Source: Magallana gigas (Eukaryota). Taken from it: a DNA stretch of 64,000 nt. Under the pieces are notes generated by a model. The model had not been told where the DNA came from, did no database searches, and worked only from the letters and a program-made list of their open reading frames with translations. The DNA lies in NCBI RefSeq assembly GCF_963853765.1, contig NC_088861.1, positions 2,170,001 to 2,234,000 of the forward strand, written 5' to 3'. Every line of letters starts with the position of its first letter. Within the stretch, counting starts at the first letter, position 1. The translations under genes and the position numbers were made by a program. Shown one piece after another: positions 35,753 through 49,178 of the stretch.

Positions 35753-36825
35753 ACACGTTTATCTGAATCGGGATCGGGATTTCGTGCCGTATGCACACAT
35801 AAGTCAAAAGGCGCTGTAATTGTAAAGTTGTCGGTAAACAGTACAGAAACAAAGTATTCCTTTTAAAAATTGATTGGCATGTGATATGAACTATCAGTAT
35901 TATGAAATAAGTTAATGTTATGCCGAAACTACAGCATGCATCAAATAGCATAATTTGCAATGTTTTGTTGTTTTCCGAATACACAAGTAATTTAACTTTA
36001 CTTTTATAGTAGGCGAGGCTAGAGAAATTCCCGATTAAATTTTTTAAGCATTTAAGTATGATTCATTGAATAATTATGTCACTGTATAAAAGTTTAAATC
36101 TCAAGAAAATTGCATCATATGAATATGAAATTTTTAATTTACACAAAGCTGTCACTGCATAGTTAACAAAGTAGTGCGAATCGTAATGTGTGCGCAAATA
36201 GTAAAATTCACCGAATGCCTGATACTGTACATGCAAACTTCATTCATAGATAGATCATAATTATTTTAGAAGTATGAATCCTTTAAATTCTGAGAAAAAA
36301 AGTCAGTGCTATACATACATATATACGTAATACAACGTACAAATTTAGTGGTTAAAAGCAGAGGGCTAGAGTCGGTGGAATCTCTGATAATCTTAAGGCT
36401 CTCACTTTTTCGTTGGAAACACATACAAATGGTCCACGTATTGTAGTCCTTTTTTAAAGGACAGCAACTTGTTTTATTGATTATTTAGGTAAGATGTTCG
36501 TCACAATACGGAGGTGTGCTATACCACGTTAACAATTAAATGAAATAAATCTCAATTTTGATATTAAAAAAGACTTTAAAGAAAACAATACTGTTTTTGA
36601 GGTGACATAATTGATTTCATAATTTGACGTGGCATAGAGTTGAAACAAACTATCTTACGGAAAACCATAGCTGTCTTAAGGTATGTAAGGCCATAATACA
36701 TAGTAGGATTCATAAAGTAAATAATCGTTTCTGAAATTTCAAGACAACGATTTTAAAATGCCTGTAAATTACCGGAGACAAATAATAAGTATCTTCTGGT
36801 TTTGTTAAATTTTGATTGGTCACCA

Positions 36826-36881
36826 TGAGGGACGAGGCACAATTTAGTTAAGTACAGTGAGGGACGAGGCACAATTTAGTT
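36826..36881. repeat. 24-bp direct repeat with a 32-bp period
   Basis: tgagggacgaggcacaatttagtt at 36826 and 36858. Confidence 0.9.
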
Positions 36882-39800
36882 TAGTGAATAGACTTTATGA
36901 CTTCATGATGTAAAATTTATTCAAAATGCTATACCAAATACATTCTTTGCAATGGAACAATAAAAGAGATATTTATTGACCCATTTTTGTATCTTTTCAC
37001 CGTTTAATAAAAATACAACACTTTTCAATTTATCGTTGTCACGATTTCAGTTTTTTCTAACCAGCTGAATTTGGATGCACACCAAGCAATGTATTGACGG
37101 ATTTTGAGCGTGGAACCATCCATTTATTATTTACCTTTCATTCTATAACTTAGAGCGGTGTCCATTTAACATAATGCACTGACCAACTGATATACGAAAA
37201 CACCATATAAATGTGGCTGTGGAATTGTTTTACGTTCTGAATCATTGCTTAATTGTTCAAACAATTTAATATAACTAAAGCACCAGTTATGTCATTATTA
37301 CTACCATTTAACGTGGGTTTGCAACCATTTTAAAGTAGCTAGAAACAATTTTATGTACATGTATTTAAACACTTTTAAATACGTGTTACCCACATATTTA
37401 TTATGTTATATACTTTTCACCCTATAACAAGGGCTGGTGATCATTTATATACAAAAATGACCTTTTATTTTATAAACCTCATCATGTTTTATGACGCACC
37501 ATACCCTAAGGCAGCTATTCTTCCATATTTTTTTTCCAAGTTTGTGTAGTCCGATTTTAATTAGATAATATAACAATTTCTGTTAAAATTTGTATGTGAA
37601 CAAAAACAAAGTCTGGTTAGTTGACCAAACAGAAACCCAGATATTTTAAAAATAATGCATATTTTATTATAATTAATTATTAAAAATAATTAACTGCAGA
37701 TTTTGCAGATGTAAACAACGTTGTATATTTTTTATTATATATGCGTCTGTTATGTTTAAAAATATTCATTTAGATATTATTACAGTTGATAATAAAGTGG
37801 AAGCTAACGTATTACTACTCCTCATATTTTGTAAAGTAAATATATGATTAACATAAATGATTTTAATATTTTACAAATATAATACTATTCTAAAAATTTA
37901 TCAAAATGTTGAAACACTGTGCCCAGTTATAATCCCAATGAGAAAACTGATCTCTAAATATCAGCTTCTGGGATAATTTTATTGTATCTCATTTATACTA
38001 TTTTGAATTTTAAAGTATCCATGTCTGCAATATGATAATAAATGAAGCATGCATGTCTTTAGTGCAGAACTGTTCGATGTGCACGTAAAGTAAGACAACT
38101 TCGTTGTGTGCCAAATCATTTAAAAATTGTGACAATCAGTCCTTGAAGTTTATTGTTTTGTTCTTATTTTCTTACCAAAAGAAGTTTATATGTATCGATA
38201 CATGCGCAGTCCGATTGTCTAATTTGGAAAGAAACTGACCGTAACTCACAAGACCAATTTACATTGATTGCACAATTTGAACAAATATTTATTTACGTCT
38301 TAAACTTTTCGCAAAAAGGCTGGGTTAGTTGAATGCCTGCAATAGTGTACCTACCAACAGCACAATGTACATAAAACAAAACTTAAATTTTACATCATGC
38401 AGTTTCCATCGGATTCTCCAAGCATTTCTGGAAATAGAATAAATATACAGCATTGTTATAAAATCGGGTGTCATTAAGGTTTTCCGCTCTCAGCGGAAAA
38501 CCTTACTATTATTCTGAAAAATTTTCAAATTTCTTATTATTTTTTTTTCTTCTAGACGCCAACTTTGATCCTTAATATCTCGCTCGTTTGTTCACCGATT
38601 GTTATGAAATTTTCAGGACTGATAACATGCCGCGTGATGTTGTCGTTGCATATTTAAGTTGAGGAAAATCCCTATCCGGTTTTGAGTTATTCCCCTTTTA
38701 GTAAAATTTAACGACTTCTTTTGTCCTGGGGGTTTAGCTTTAACGATGACTGGCAGAGTCTCAAAGATGGGCTGGTTTGGAAGCTAATACATTGAATTTG
38801 TGCGAGATATATTTTATTTATTATTTAAATGCAAATAAAAGGGGTGGTATAGATGTTGAAACAAAGGTAAGAAAAAAAATCAAAAAAATTCGCGTATTTT
38901 CCGTGTTAGTTTTCTACCTGATAAAAATTTTTTATAACATGTATTTTAAAAGTTTTTGGTCTTGCCCAGACCTTTCATTCGGTATACTGAAAAAGGGGCT
39001 GGCCCTTATAATTAGGGAGTTAGAGGCGTCCAAAGTTTCTTGTCAATAACTTAAAAAGGAATAAATATTTCTAATGCATTATTGAAGCAAAGTTGTAAAG
39101 AAATTAATTTTGAATCCTTCTATAGTATTCAATTTAATGTTTTCGTAATTTATAGTCAGTATTTGCAGAAACAATTGTTGTCAGTTCGGTCCATTTTTGT
39201 GGGGGTGCGCACGTTTATGAGGTTATGAAAGGGCTTCTTGTAATGCACTAACTGATACATGTAGCGCGCAAAAATAATTCCACATAAAATTCCCAAATGT
39301 TTTTATGCATATGTACATTTTCATTTCATATAGATAAACCTCTTTGACCTTATTTTTGTTGTTTGTTTCATAACTGTGCCCCTGTCTATATTTAGATGCA
39401 TTACGATACTCAGGTAACCGATCGATAGGAGAGTCGCTAGCTGTATTCAGGCCGTCGCCTAGACGACAGTGCATGTGCTTGTAGAGCTGGACATACACGA
39501 TTAACGCCCCACTGTGTTACTGTAACAGAGACATTTTGAATTGTTTCAGTACTGGGAGATGTGTTAATAAAATGGTTCCAATGCATGGTAATTAAACTCA
39601 ACTTTTCTACAATACGTATACACGGCCGTCATATAAAGCACAATGTGTATTACTGACATGACAATTTAAACGAACGCGGGATTGCTCCCGATAGAACAAT
39701 TCTTTTAAAGCAAAAAAAAAAAATACTGATTTGCGATGGATATAATATAATTATCATCGTGGAGATGATTTTAAAAAGTGAACTTAATATTCGTATACGA

Positions 39801-40861
39801 TAATATTTGAATCCAAAGCCGCTAGTTTTAAGTTACGGTTATTAGGGATATTAGTTATGACTTGCCCCGTGTTTCAGGTTTTTTACTTGCAAAGCATCTA
39901 CAAACGAAAATACCAAACAACCTTCAGCAGCAACTTATAAATTATTTATTCCATACACAATTCTAAAGAGGTAATTAAATAAATTTTATAAATGCTTTAT
40001 ACTTGTATTCGCCATCTTCCATGGAAAAAAGTGGCATGGAAAAAATGTTGTTCAATGTTCATCAAATACGCTGTAGCCTTAGCAATCGAAAATAATTAAC
40101 AAACTGTACATTGATAGATTGACATATCAACAAACATTCAGACCCGCATTGTGTTTTCTTACAAGTTCTATAAAACGTAGACTCAATGACTGAATTCTTT
40201 ACCGTTTTCCGTCTGGGTTATTTTGAATCACGTGTGTACGTTATGTGTAGCCATATAGATGAACACTTTAAGTGTTTGAATTTTAAAAGAAATTGTGTAC
40301 ATGCAGAGCATTGCAATGCTAGGACAATAACATTCCAACAATGTATATTGTGAGGCCGGTCAGACTGATACTGGTTCTGCTTGTTCTACAAATAGCGAAT
40401 GTAAGACGAAGTATTTGGGTGTTATATTTTAAACAAATATAAGTATTGCTTTCTTAAAAGCTTGCATTACTCAACAAAGTATTTTATTGGGATCATTCTT
40501 AGTTACCTTAGCTGCATACATGTACCGCTCTGTCTGTATCCCGGAAAAATTGACTACTATCCGAAATTTTTCATACAAGGTCTACAGACTTGCAGCTAAC
40601 ATTACCTTTAAAAATACATTTTAGAATTTGCCGCTGTTTCTAAATTCATTAAAAAGACGCGCAGAATCGAGTGGTTATATGGCGTTTGATATGGGATTTA
40701 TGACGTCTATTTATATTGTTTTCATTAAAATTATTTCATTATTTCAAGCTCGTGGGTGGAATGAAATCAGTTTCACATGTTATATGACATAAAGATGTCC
40801 TCTCCCCACTTTTTCTCGATGCAACTATTTTTATAAAATTTACATAAAAAAAATTGAATTA

Positions 40862-41042
40862 TCATGGAGTTGCCCCCCCCCCCCCCCATTTTGGTAGCAT
40901 GTAAAAAAAATGGTATGAAATTATGAGTGAAATTTTGAAAATTTTGGAAAATTCAATTTTTTTTATATTTTTTTGCTTGTCAAGATTTGTTGGATGAGTT
41001 TGCCCCCCCCCCCCCACTTTCAAAAACGATGCTACGTGCTTG
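40862..41042. mobile_element. Interspersed repeat fragment (poly-C containing MITE-like family), copy 1
   Basis: atggagttgcccc...ttggatgagt..gccccccc...actttcaaaaacgatgctacgtg is shared with 56685-56900. Confidence 0.7.
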
Positions 41043-42075
41043 GAAATTACTCATTTCTTTATTCCCCTCTTTAATAATCAAAACAAACTAACAAACATAA
41101 CCGATCCAGATAAATATAATTACATGTATCAAAAATAAACTTAAAAAACAAACTACACATTCATCCTTCACCCACAATATTGCCTTTTCGATATTTGTCA
41201 TCGTTGTAGACCCGTGTAACAATCTGTTAAGTAGGTGCTTGCACGAAAAAGAACCCCCTTGCTGATCTACATTTTCATTAACGCATACAAAGAAAAAATA
41301 TATATTTTGATTTATTTTTGCATTTCTTTTGATGTAAAAAAAGAGAGAAGAAATTGGTTCTCAGTCTCTCTTTATGCCTGTTTGTTAGCGGTTAATCCAA
41401 GTTCATTCTGAATATCCTTTTGTAATTTAAAAAATGCGATGTAAATTTTTTTCATGCAATATTTCGGATAAAGCAATGAAGAGTTGTTTCTTGAAATTTT
41501 ATTAGACCATAAAATTGTAAAATGCTAACATTGAAAATTGTGCCCGATTTCTTTCTTTTTTTTAAGGTAAAACTTTATTGATTTAAAAAATGGTTCTTTG
41601 AGACAAACAAATTGACATAATCAATAAGAGTTTGAAAATCTCTAACTGCAGGTCTGTAGCTTTTAGTCAGAAAAAGAATCGGATGGACGACCTAGGACAC
41701 AGATCGTCCATCCGAATTTCTTAAAAATTGCCATTATTTTCGTACGCGGACGCAATACTCACCGAGACTAAATGGTTCGTATCTTAAAAATCAAATCAAA
41801 TTATTGCAAAATTTTGTTTAAACACTTCGAAGATTTTACACGTATTGTTTACTTTTTACAAAGAGATCTGTATGAAAATAACTTGTACTGAAAAAAATGT
41901 ACTTTAATAATAGACTCGTTTGTCGCTATTCATGTTTTTTTCTAATTCCAAAGGTGAATTCTTAATAAGATTTAAGTGCTTTGAAAGGTAATATTGGTTT
42001 TCTGATAATTATGAACATGAATAATTAAATAAAAATGGTTAAAATTACAGTAAAATTACCGGCATCGGTCTTCTC

Positions 42076-42255
42076 CGTGCGCGGATCTAGAAGGGGAAGG
42101 GTTCCAGACACCCCCCCCCCCCCCCCAGCGAAATTTCTTTCAATTACGTGTACATTATAAACTTACCAAATATGCCTCGGACATCCCTTGGCAAACTCAA
42201 ATAACCGTCTGACTTTTCAACCCCCACCCTGGAAAAATTTTCTGATCCGTGCATC
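42076..42255. mobile_element. MITE with GCGCGGATC/GATCCGTGC termini nested in the 4.9-kb element
   Basis: cgtgcgcggatct...gatccgtgcat imperfect TIRs with internal poly-C. Confidence 0.6.
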
Positions 42256-45200
42256 ATGTTCCCCCACCTCGAAATACAAAATTATTCTTCAAAACCCCTT
42301 GTAAAATTTCCAGGATCTCCGCATATATACTAATAGATTCATTGGCGCTTGCGTTCAATAAAAATGCGTGTCAAACGTTTGCCAGTGGTCTTTTTACCAT
42401 CGTACCGGGCATAACCACAGTCCCACTCTGTGAATAAAATGCGGCAAATCAAACTAGAGACAACGTGTTAAGATCTGTATTTGCTTTTAACATGTAGTAT
42501 CATCGTGCAAAATGCACTGTTTAATTATAATTTTTTTTTTACTTTATTTGTAAAATTCAACATCTGTTTCGTAATTTTTTCTCAGTTTATTTTCTTACAT
42601 AGTTACTTTTTTTATTTAGTGATTGACACTTTTCAGACTTTATATGTGATTTCAAAGAGACAGAGTGTCATGTCTCAAGGACTGTTAATCTCTTAAAACA
42701 ACATTGTGCAATTATCAGATTTTCATTTCTTGGACATCAAAGACTCATTGAGTTTATTTAATTAGTTTATATCTGTGAACCTTTCACTCAGCTAACTTAT
42801 ATCAATACCTGTTTATTGCAATTTATACTCATTGTTAAGATTCTTATAAATAGTTATGTACAATTGTCAATGCGCAGTCTGGAATACGGCGGCCAGCCCC
42901 GGCCACGTCCGACTCTCCCAGAGTCTTGAGTCCGGAGGCCACTTCTGGCCATATCCGACTTGTTTGTAACATGTCTGTCTGTTAAATTGTTATAATGTTG
43001 CCATCGTTGAGTCTCGTCCAATAATGTGGAATCCTGCATCAATTGCCTGTTTATTTCTCTGGAACTGTATACTGGTGGACCTTCGGGAATACGGCAAACC
43101 TACCCTTCGTTTTAGCTTACGGCCCACAGCGCGCCCCAACCTTTTACCTTATACACTTTACGCCAACATTCCCTCACCCCGTTCGTACTGCACACGACCG
43201 ATGCAGATTCAGACGAATTCTCTATCACCGTAAAATCTACGCGGTCACAGAAATATAATACTTTGTTTCTCAGTGTTTACACATCTAATATTGTACGATA
43301 ATCAGCTATCAATTTTGTGTAATACGTCACAAGTATGACGCAGCTACGACGGAAAACCTAATCGTTGCTTGCAACGAGCTCGTCTCTAGTTTGAAATATT
43401 TCTTGAAGGTTGAAGTACTCCACTTTGTATACTATTTTAATCTAAATTGAGGGGCACAATGACATTCATTGAAAAGTTAATGTCTTTTGTAAAAAAAAAT
43501 TCAGATGACCCTTTTAAGATTTGAATTTTGATATCAAAATTAATCAAGAATATCAAATTGTACATACACATCAGCAGATTGTTTTAATAATTTTGATAAA
43601 AGACCACCCGTGCATCATTATCATTTATGTTAGTTTGTTGTATTTACGTAAATAGATGTTGGAGGCAAACCACAACGCTGTTCGTAGACACTATCTAAAA
43701 ATAAAATAAAAATATATGAGCTTATTGGATGCTTGATTTTTGGACAAATTAAACACCACACGTTAGCGCAATATGATAATTTGTCTGCACCGTGTGGTGT
43801 GTTTTAGGACCAACGATCTTCAAAAATAAGCATTGAATGCTTATATTTGTATAACCTATTTATTTTGATGACTTTTGTTTTGTATTTAAGATTTGAACTC
43901 TGATATGAATAATTTATGAACCGCCATAAAACACGCCATTCACTGCACTTATGTGGCTAAACACTTTTTATAAAACAAAACACCAAAACAACAACAACAC
44001 ACACAAAAAACCCCGCACCCACATCCAGTCTTATCTACACATGTTAAAATTTGAATGCTTGATTTGATTATGAGTTTTCACCATGGTCACAGTGATAGTG
44101 TTCATAATAATTTCCGATGAAAAATTTTTCTAATATAGTTAAATAAATTGCTAGGTAAAATGCAAAATGGATATCGTTTATTCCGGCATAAGATCTCTTA
44201 TTTGGTAGTCATAAAATATGTGAAATAAAATTAATAAGTTAACTTATTGTCTGAAGTTGGAACTATTTAACACATTAATGGAATTATAATTTCTTACAAT
44301 GTTATCTTTTAAAATAGTAAGATAACTGGCGCGAATAGCTGTGAATATTCATAAAAAAATGATTGAGAATCGTTTTAGATATGCTGATTATTATTCGTGT
44401 CTTCGTTTTTGATTATTATTTTTTTTTACACTTAATGAAAAAATGACAATACACTGCAAGAAAGTATTAAGCATATTAAACATAACGATTTGCAAATTTA
44501 TGTTTCAAAGTACCGAAAAAGCTTTAACATATCAGATTGGTGAGTAAAATTCCATGAAAGCGGAGTCGAAAAACGTCTAACAATTTGTTCAGTAATCATC
44601 AATGATAAGAAAAGAAACTAATATTTTATGCATATAAAATATATATTTACAATGGAAAACTGTTAATCATCGCGGTAAAGTCTTAAGTCAACAGAAATAA
44701 GGAAAGCGATCGACATACTTTTCGCGCTTTTCAGGCAAACTGATTTCTGTAGAATAGGTCGTAGTCAATCGCGTAGAGTGTTTAATTCAAAGACAGAGTC
44801 ACTTTCTAATTACATGCTGATGCAAGGCGAAAATATTCTCATTTTGTGTATTTTTATCACTTCGAAGGCACCAAACAAGTTAGAGCTGAAAAGGGTATAT
44901 TGATAAATGACAAGTGCACAAACATGTATTCATAAATTTCTACTTTTGATTACAAGCATATGTATTTCTAGCAAAAGCAAACATATTGTGCATTTGCAGT
45001 GAAAATTTATACGAAATTTTATGCTGACACTGTTGTTGTTAAGAGGGTTGGGTGGGCTGGTCAATTTAAGAGAATATTATTCTCATTGCGAGTAAGAGCA
45101 TTGTGTGTATTTTAACAAGTAAGAAAACATCTTAATCAATGAAATTTACTTTTTCTTAAAAAGAAAAGTTAGTGCTAAAAATCATACATATATTTATATT

Positions 45201-47104
45201 TTTAAATATAGCTGATTAATTATTTACAGGCCATGGAGTCTCCTTACTTTTTGGAATGTATATTTAACAACCATGGCGTAGTATAAATAAATAAAGCTAC
45301 ATTTTTAAAGCCTTTGAAGCGAAGAAAACAAAATGTTACCCTTTATTTCATCAAAATTGCTGGTTTACTTATTTTCTGTAAAAGATGGATGACATTTTTC
45401 GATAACACGGTCAGTAATTTCATCTAAATTTAGTTGATAACAATGGGTTTAAGTTAGGAATATGCATTTCGTTTTTCAAACATTTTTCATTCTGAATGAG
45501 ACAAACAAGAAACATAATCATATTTGCTATACCAACCTTTTATATACAAAACGAGAATGACAATAAATGATGTTAGAAATGCTAACAGCAAACTTCCGAA
45601 AACAATCATGGTGATCTTGTATTTCCGGGCTAATCGAAAATTATTGCTCTGAGCTATAAAGATATCATATCATAAATTACAGGGAGATAAATGCGAAATT
45701 GCAAACATTAAACACAAAAAAATTATAATAAAACCAAAACAAAAAAAAAGAAAAAAAGAGGAAGAAAGTATTGAGCACGGCCTTTTTAAAAAAAAAAGAT
45801 ACTACAAAATCTTAAAACTGATCAAATTAGAGTAAACATTTTACAGAATAAACAGAATAGAATATCACAATATTTTTGTACCTTCTAAATTCTCGTTAGA
45901 GTTTTCCATTTGTCCTGACAACATTGTAAAGAGGTTGATCGTTTAACTGTATCTGAACACCCTTAGGTCTTTTTACGTCAAATAAACTTGACAAAGAAAC
46001 AAATATATACATAAATGCATAAAAATATGGACAAATTTCTACTCAATATCAATATGCAATAAAAATAAGACTCAAAATTTCATATCAGCCTAAGGTATCG
46101 AATTTAAAACACAATTTCAAAAATATTATGGCGTCCCAACGTCAAATAAATTTACCAAGAATCAAAAATGTACACGATCATACATGAAATAATGGACAAA
46201 GTTTTACTCAATGTTATCAATGTATTTGCAAATAAGACTCAAACTTAAATATCAGCATATGATATCGAATTTTATTCACAATTTCAGAATATTATAAGAA
46301 TATAAAACAAACCTAATACATATTTAAATCAATCGTACTATGTAGCAAACATGATCCAATATAAAGATTCGATATTGATGCAGAGTTTTTATTACTAAAA
46401 AGTCCAACCGATTACACGTTGTTTGTGATTTTTGAATGTAAGATCAAGGATTTCTTTGATCAAAATATACTTAAAGGGGAGATGATATCATTCTACTAAC
46501 GTTTGTAAATGTTTTGGTTACCAAAACTGAGTACTTGTTTAGCGCCACATATATTAAAAAAAATTAAAAAAGAAAAGGCAAGAAAATAATCAGTGATTGA
46601 TTAGATGTTATTCATCTTTGTGTAAACATTTGACAGATACATGTAAAAACGTATATATATACTTCAAAAATGCATCTATTACAGTTAATTATTGGTTATC
46701 TTGTTTAAAACAAATTAATCTCACCAAAAAGAGCGTTAAACAAGATGCTGTCCTTCCCTTTAAAAAGAAATGTCGAATTGAACATATATATTGGGGCTAC
46801 TTTCCATGATTTAAGATAGAATGTAAAGAAATTGTTTCATTTTCTATATAATTCTTTTAAATTGGTAAAGGTCGGGAAAAGTATTCATCAATCATCTATG
46901 AGGTCATAATGGTTTAAGCACCAAAAAGGACACTCTGGTATCATTTAATAGACATTGGCCTTAGGGCACCTGCTTAAATTGCGATTGATACAATACTATT
47001 TCCCATTCACGACTATAAGATGCATTCAAAACACCGGGAAGCAGTCATTTTGATATTTCAAATACTTCAATGTGTAAAAAATGAATATACTTTAACGTTT
47101 TAAG

Positions 47105-47285
47105 GAAGAAATGAATCTTTCATGACGACCATTTCCTGAGAGTACTACATTATCTAAAGACAAATGCGTTACAACCCCCTGACAAATTTAGCTGTACATT
47201 TTAAAATGAATACTGCGCAAGTAGACGCAACAGATTTGACCCTGGTCTACGTACTTTGGGTTGCATTAAATATTGTGTGGCCTCA
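47105..47285 (+). pseudogene. Orphan copy 2 of the TIMP-like terminal exon
   Basis: atgaatctttcaTGAcgaccatttcctgag...gacaaatgcgtt...tactgcgcaagtagacgcaacagat; the Trp codon has become TGA, and there are further indels. Confidence 0.75.
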
Positions 47286-47559
47286 AATCGAATGCCATTT
47301 TTTTTTTATGGTTGCAAAAACTGAAGAATCGATCAGCACTGGAAATGTCGCAGATAAAACTAATTAATTTTAATTACTGGAAATGGTCACTTACGATGTC
47401 ATAAAACATTAATTCTTTGATATTTCGGTATTCAACCAGTTCTATAAAGTAACTGATGCAAATTTCTGCAGAATAAACAATTATGATTGTTTTTGCAAGG
47501 TGATAACTTTATTAAATTCAATGCATTAAGAGATAGATGTAAACATAATTATATTGACC

Positions 47560-47736
47560 TTAAAGTTCACTTGTATTTAAGGCGTTGGAGGTTCGCAAGC
47601 GATGTTCAAATATTTCTCGCCATTAACCAGTTTCGGAATTTTCATGGTATATTCTCGAAATATATCACATCTTGATCACGAAAATAAGTCGTCGTGTCGT
47701 CGCAAACCAGTTTTTCTCAGGAAAGCTGGTTTACAG
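47560..47736. mobile_element. Partial MITE of the ...GTTTACAG family
   Basis: Right end gctggtttacag resembles the 17514-17733 TIR; CpG-rich interior; left TIR not identified. Confidence 0.4.
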
Positions 47737-48185
47737 TTATTTTTACTATTTGTGTCTGTAAAATGAAAATGTTTAATAAAAAGCACAATTAAACAATTCT
47801 AGTTCTCAAACTAAGAAATGCGCATGCATTGATCTAATTTTTTTGTTACATACTAATTTAAACATCTGTTAATTTTTTTTCGACTAACTTATCAATTATA
47901 CTACTTCAGGAAAATGATTAATTGTTAATTTTGAAGTGAGGTTAACAACTTCGTTTAATATCCCACAATAAACGTAGATGTACGCATATATTGATTTAAG
48001 AGTTTCCGATGTATTTATGGCACCTATGTAAAATGTTAATGATATTATTAGATTAAAAAGTGTATGCCTTCATTACACCGGAAAACAGCTATTTTGATGT
48101 TTCAAAAACTTAAACAAACTGAAATATACATGAATATTCATTTGTTTGTTTTAAAGTAAGATGATTGACATTACATTTTATTTAG

Positions 48186-48345
48186 GTGGAAATGAATCTT
48201 CCATTACAACTGTTTACTAACAGTCGGACACCAGCTAAGGACAAAATATTTTCACCCCTGACAAATTTGACTGTTTATTTCGAAAGGATACTGTGCAAGA
48301 AGATGCAATAGACATGGCCCAAATCCATGTATATTGATTGCTTAA
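48186..48345 (+). pseudogene. Orphan copy 3 of the TIMP-like terminal exon
   Basis: tttag|gtggaaatgaatcttcca...ccagctaaggacaaa, then a frameshift; ...ggatactgtgcaagaaga... The downstream ~600 bp is homologous to the flanks after gene A (30660-31230) and after orphan 1. Confidence 0.78.
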
Positions 48346-49178
48346 AAAACATTTTTACTCAAATATACATCGACCTGATTTTATTAAAACGAATTATGCA
48401 AGACTTCGAATTAAAAACCTAAAAATTAACCAATCTTTGAAACGCCATTTTATTGCCTACAATATGTAGCAAAGAATGCATTTTGATAGTTCAAGATCTA
48501 GCCAATTTGATGATCAATCTCTATGTATTCTTTGTTTATAATAGGATAATCACATTAGGTGCTGCAGCTATGTAAATAGCAAGTATTCGCATTTAAACAG
48601 AAGACACATAAAGTCAACCACCACATACTACTTGTCATAATTTTACATAGTATTTTAGGATTGAAATTGTCATTATCCATTTACGTGGAAAATTAAGACT
48701 TATTCGGATTAGACAATATCCTTGGGATATTATATATAATGATATATCATTATAATTTTCTATCACACGATATAAAAAGTATCTAAACTATTAATTCTAA
48801 AATAATTAGTGATTTAATAAGGCTAAACTGTCAGTAGCTAAACTGTTGTCAATGAATTATCTTATGTAAAGCAATATCACTGGTTTTAAAAAAATCGTGA
48901 AATAGTAATTTATTAAATTTGAAATTTACGTTTAATTAGCGAAACCATTAATCTTCATTTTAACCGTTTTATTTTATTTTCGACAAATTAAAGCATCTGT
49001 TAATTTCAAATCCTGTCTCACACGTTCATTTTTGTGTGGTTTAAACAAATCCTACACATGCATAAAAACTTTTCTGAACCAGAAGACATTTCGAAATGTA
49101 CACGTATATAGCGAAACCATTTATCTTTATTTAAATTATCCTTGTCATGTTCGTCAATTTGAAGCATCTTTTAATTAA

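Larger units (their letters stand above)
38472..43390 (+). mobile_element. ~4.9-kb Helentron/HINE-like element with internal cargo
   Basis: 5' palindrome taaggttttccgct-ctc-agcggaaaacctta (38475-38505). 3' sub-TIR cggaaaacct (43350-43359), hairpin tcgttgc-tt-gcaacga (43362-43377) and ctagtt end. The flanks on both sides are contiguous in the paralog at 52283-52400; no TSD, T-rich site. Confidence 0.72.
37520..45924 (-). pseudogene. Pseudogenised paralog of the micro-exon single-pass membrane gene
   Basis: Exons complement(45882..45924,45537..45653,45340..45375) encode MLSGQMENSNENLE-AQSNNFRLARKYKITMIVFGSLLLAFLTSFIVILVLYIK-ENK* with TAA at 45365-45367. A downstream exon homolog starting at 37579 has another GAA>TAA (37557-37559). 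Also a 4.9-kb insertion and an apparent ~1.3-kb deletion relative to the 50-55 kb copy. Confidence 0.75.

Noticed and set aside
41679-41715. 12-bp-stem hairpin tcggatggacga...tcgtccatccga as an ncRNA or terminator
   Set aside because: It lies inside the 4.9-kb mobile insertion and has no independent support; probably a TE-internal palindrome.
42854-43258. GC-rich ORFs of 62-71 aa
   Set aside because: They sit in the 3' part of the Helentron-like element; no Rep/helicase or other recognisable motifs.
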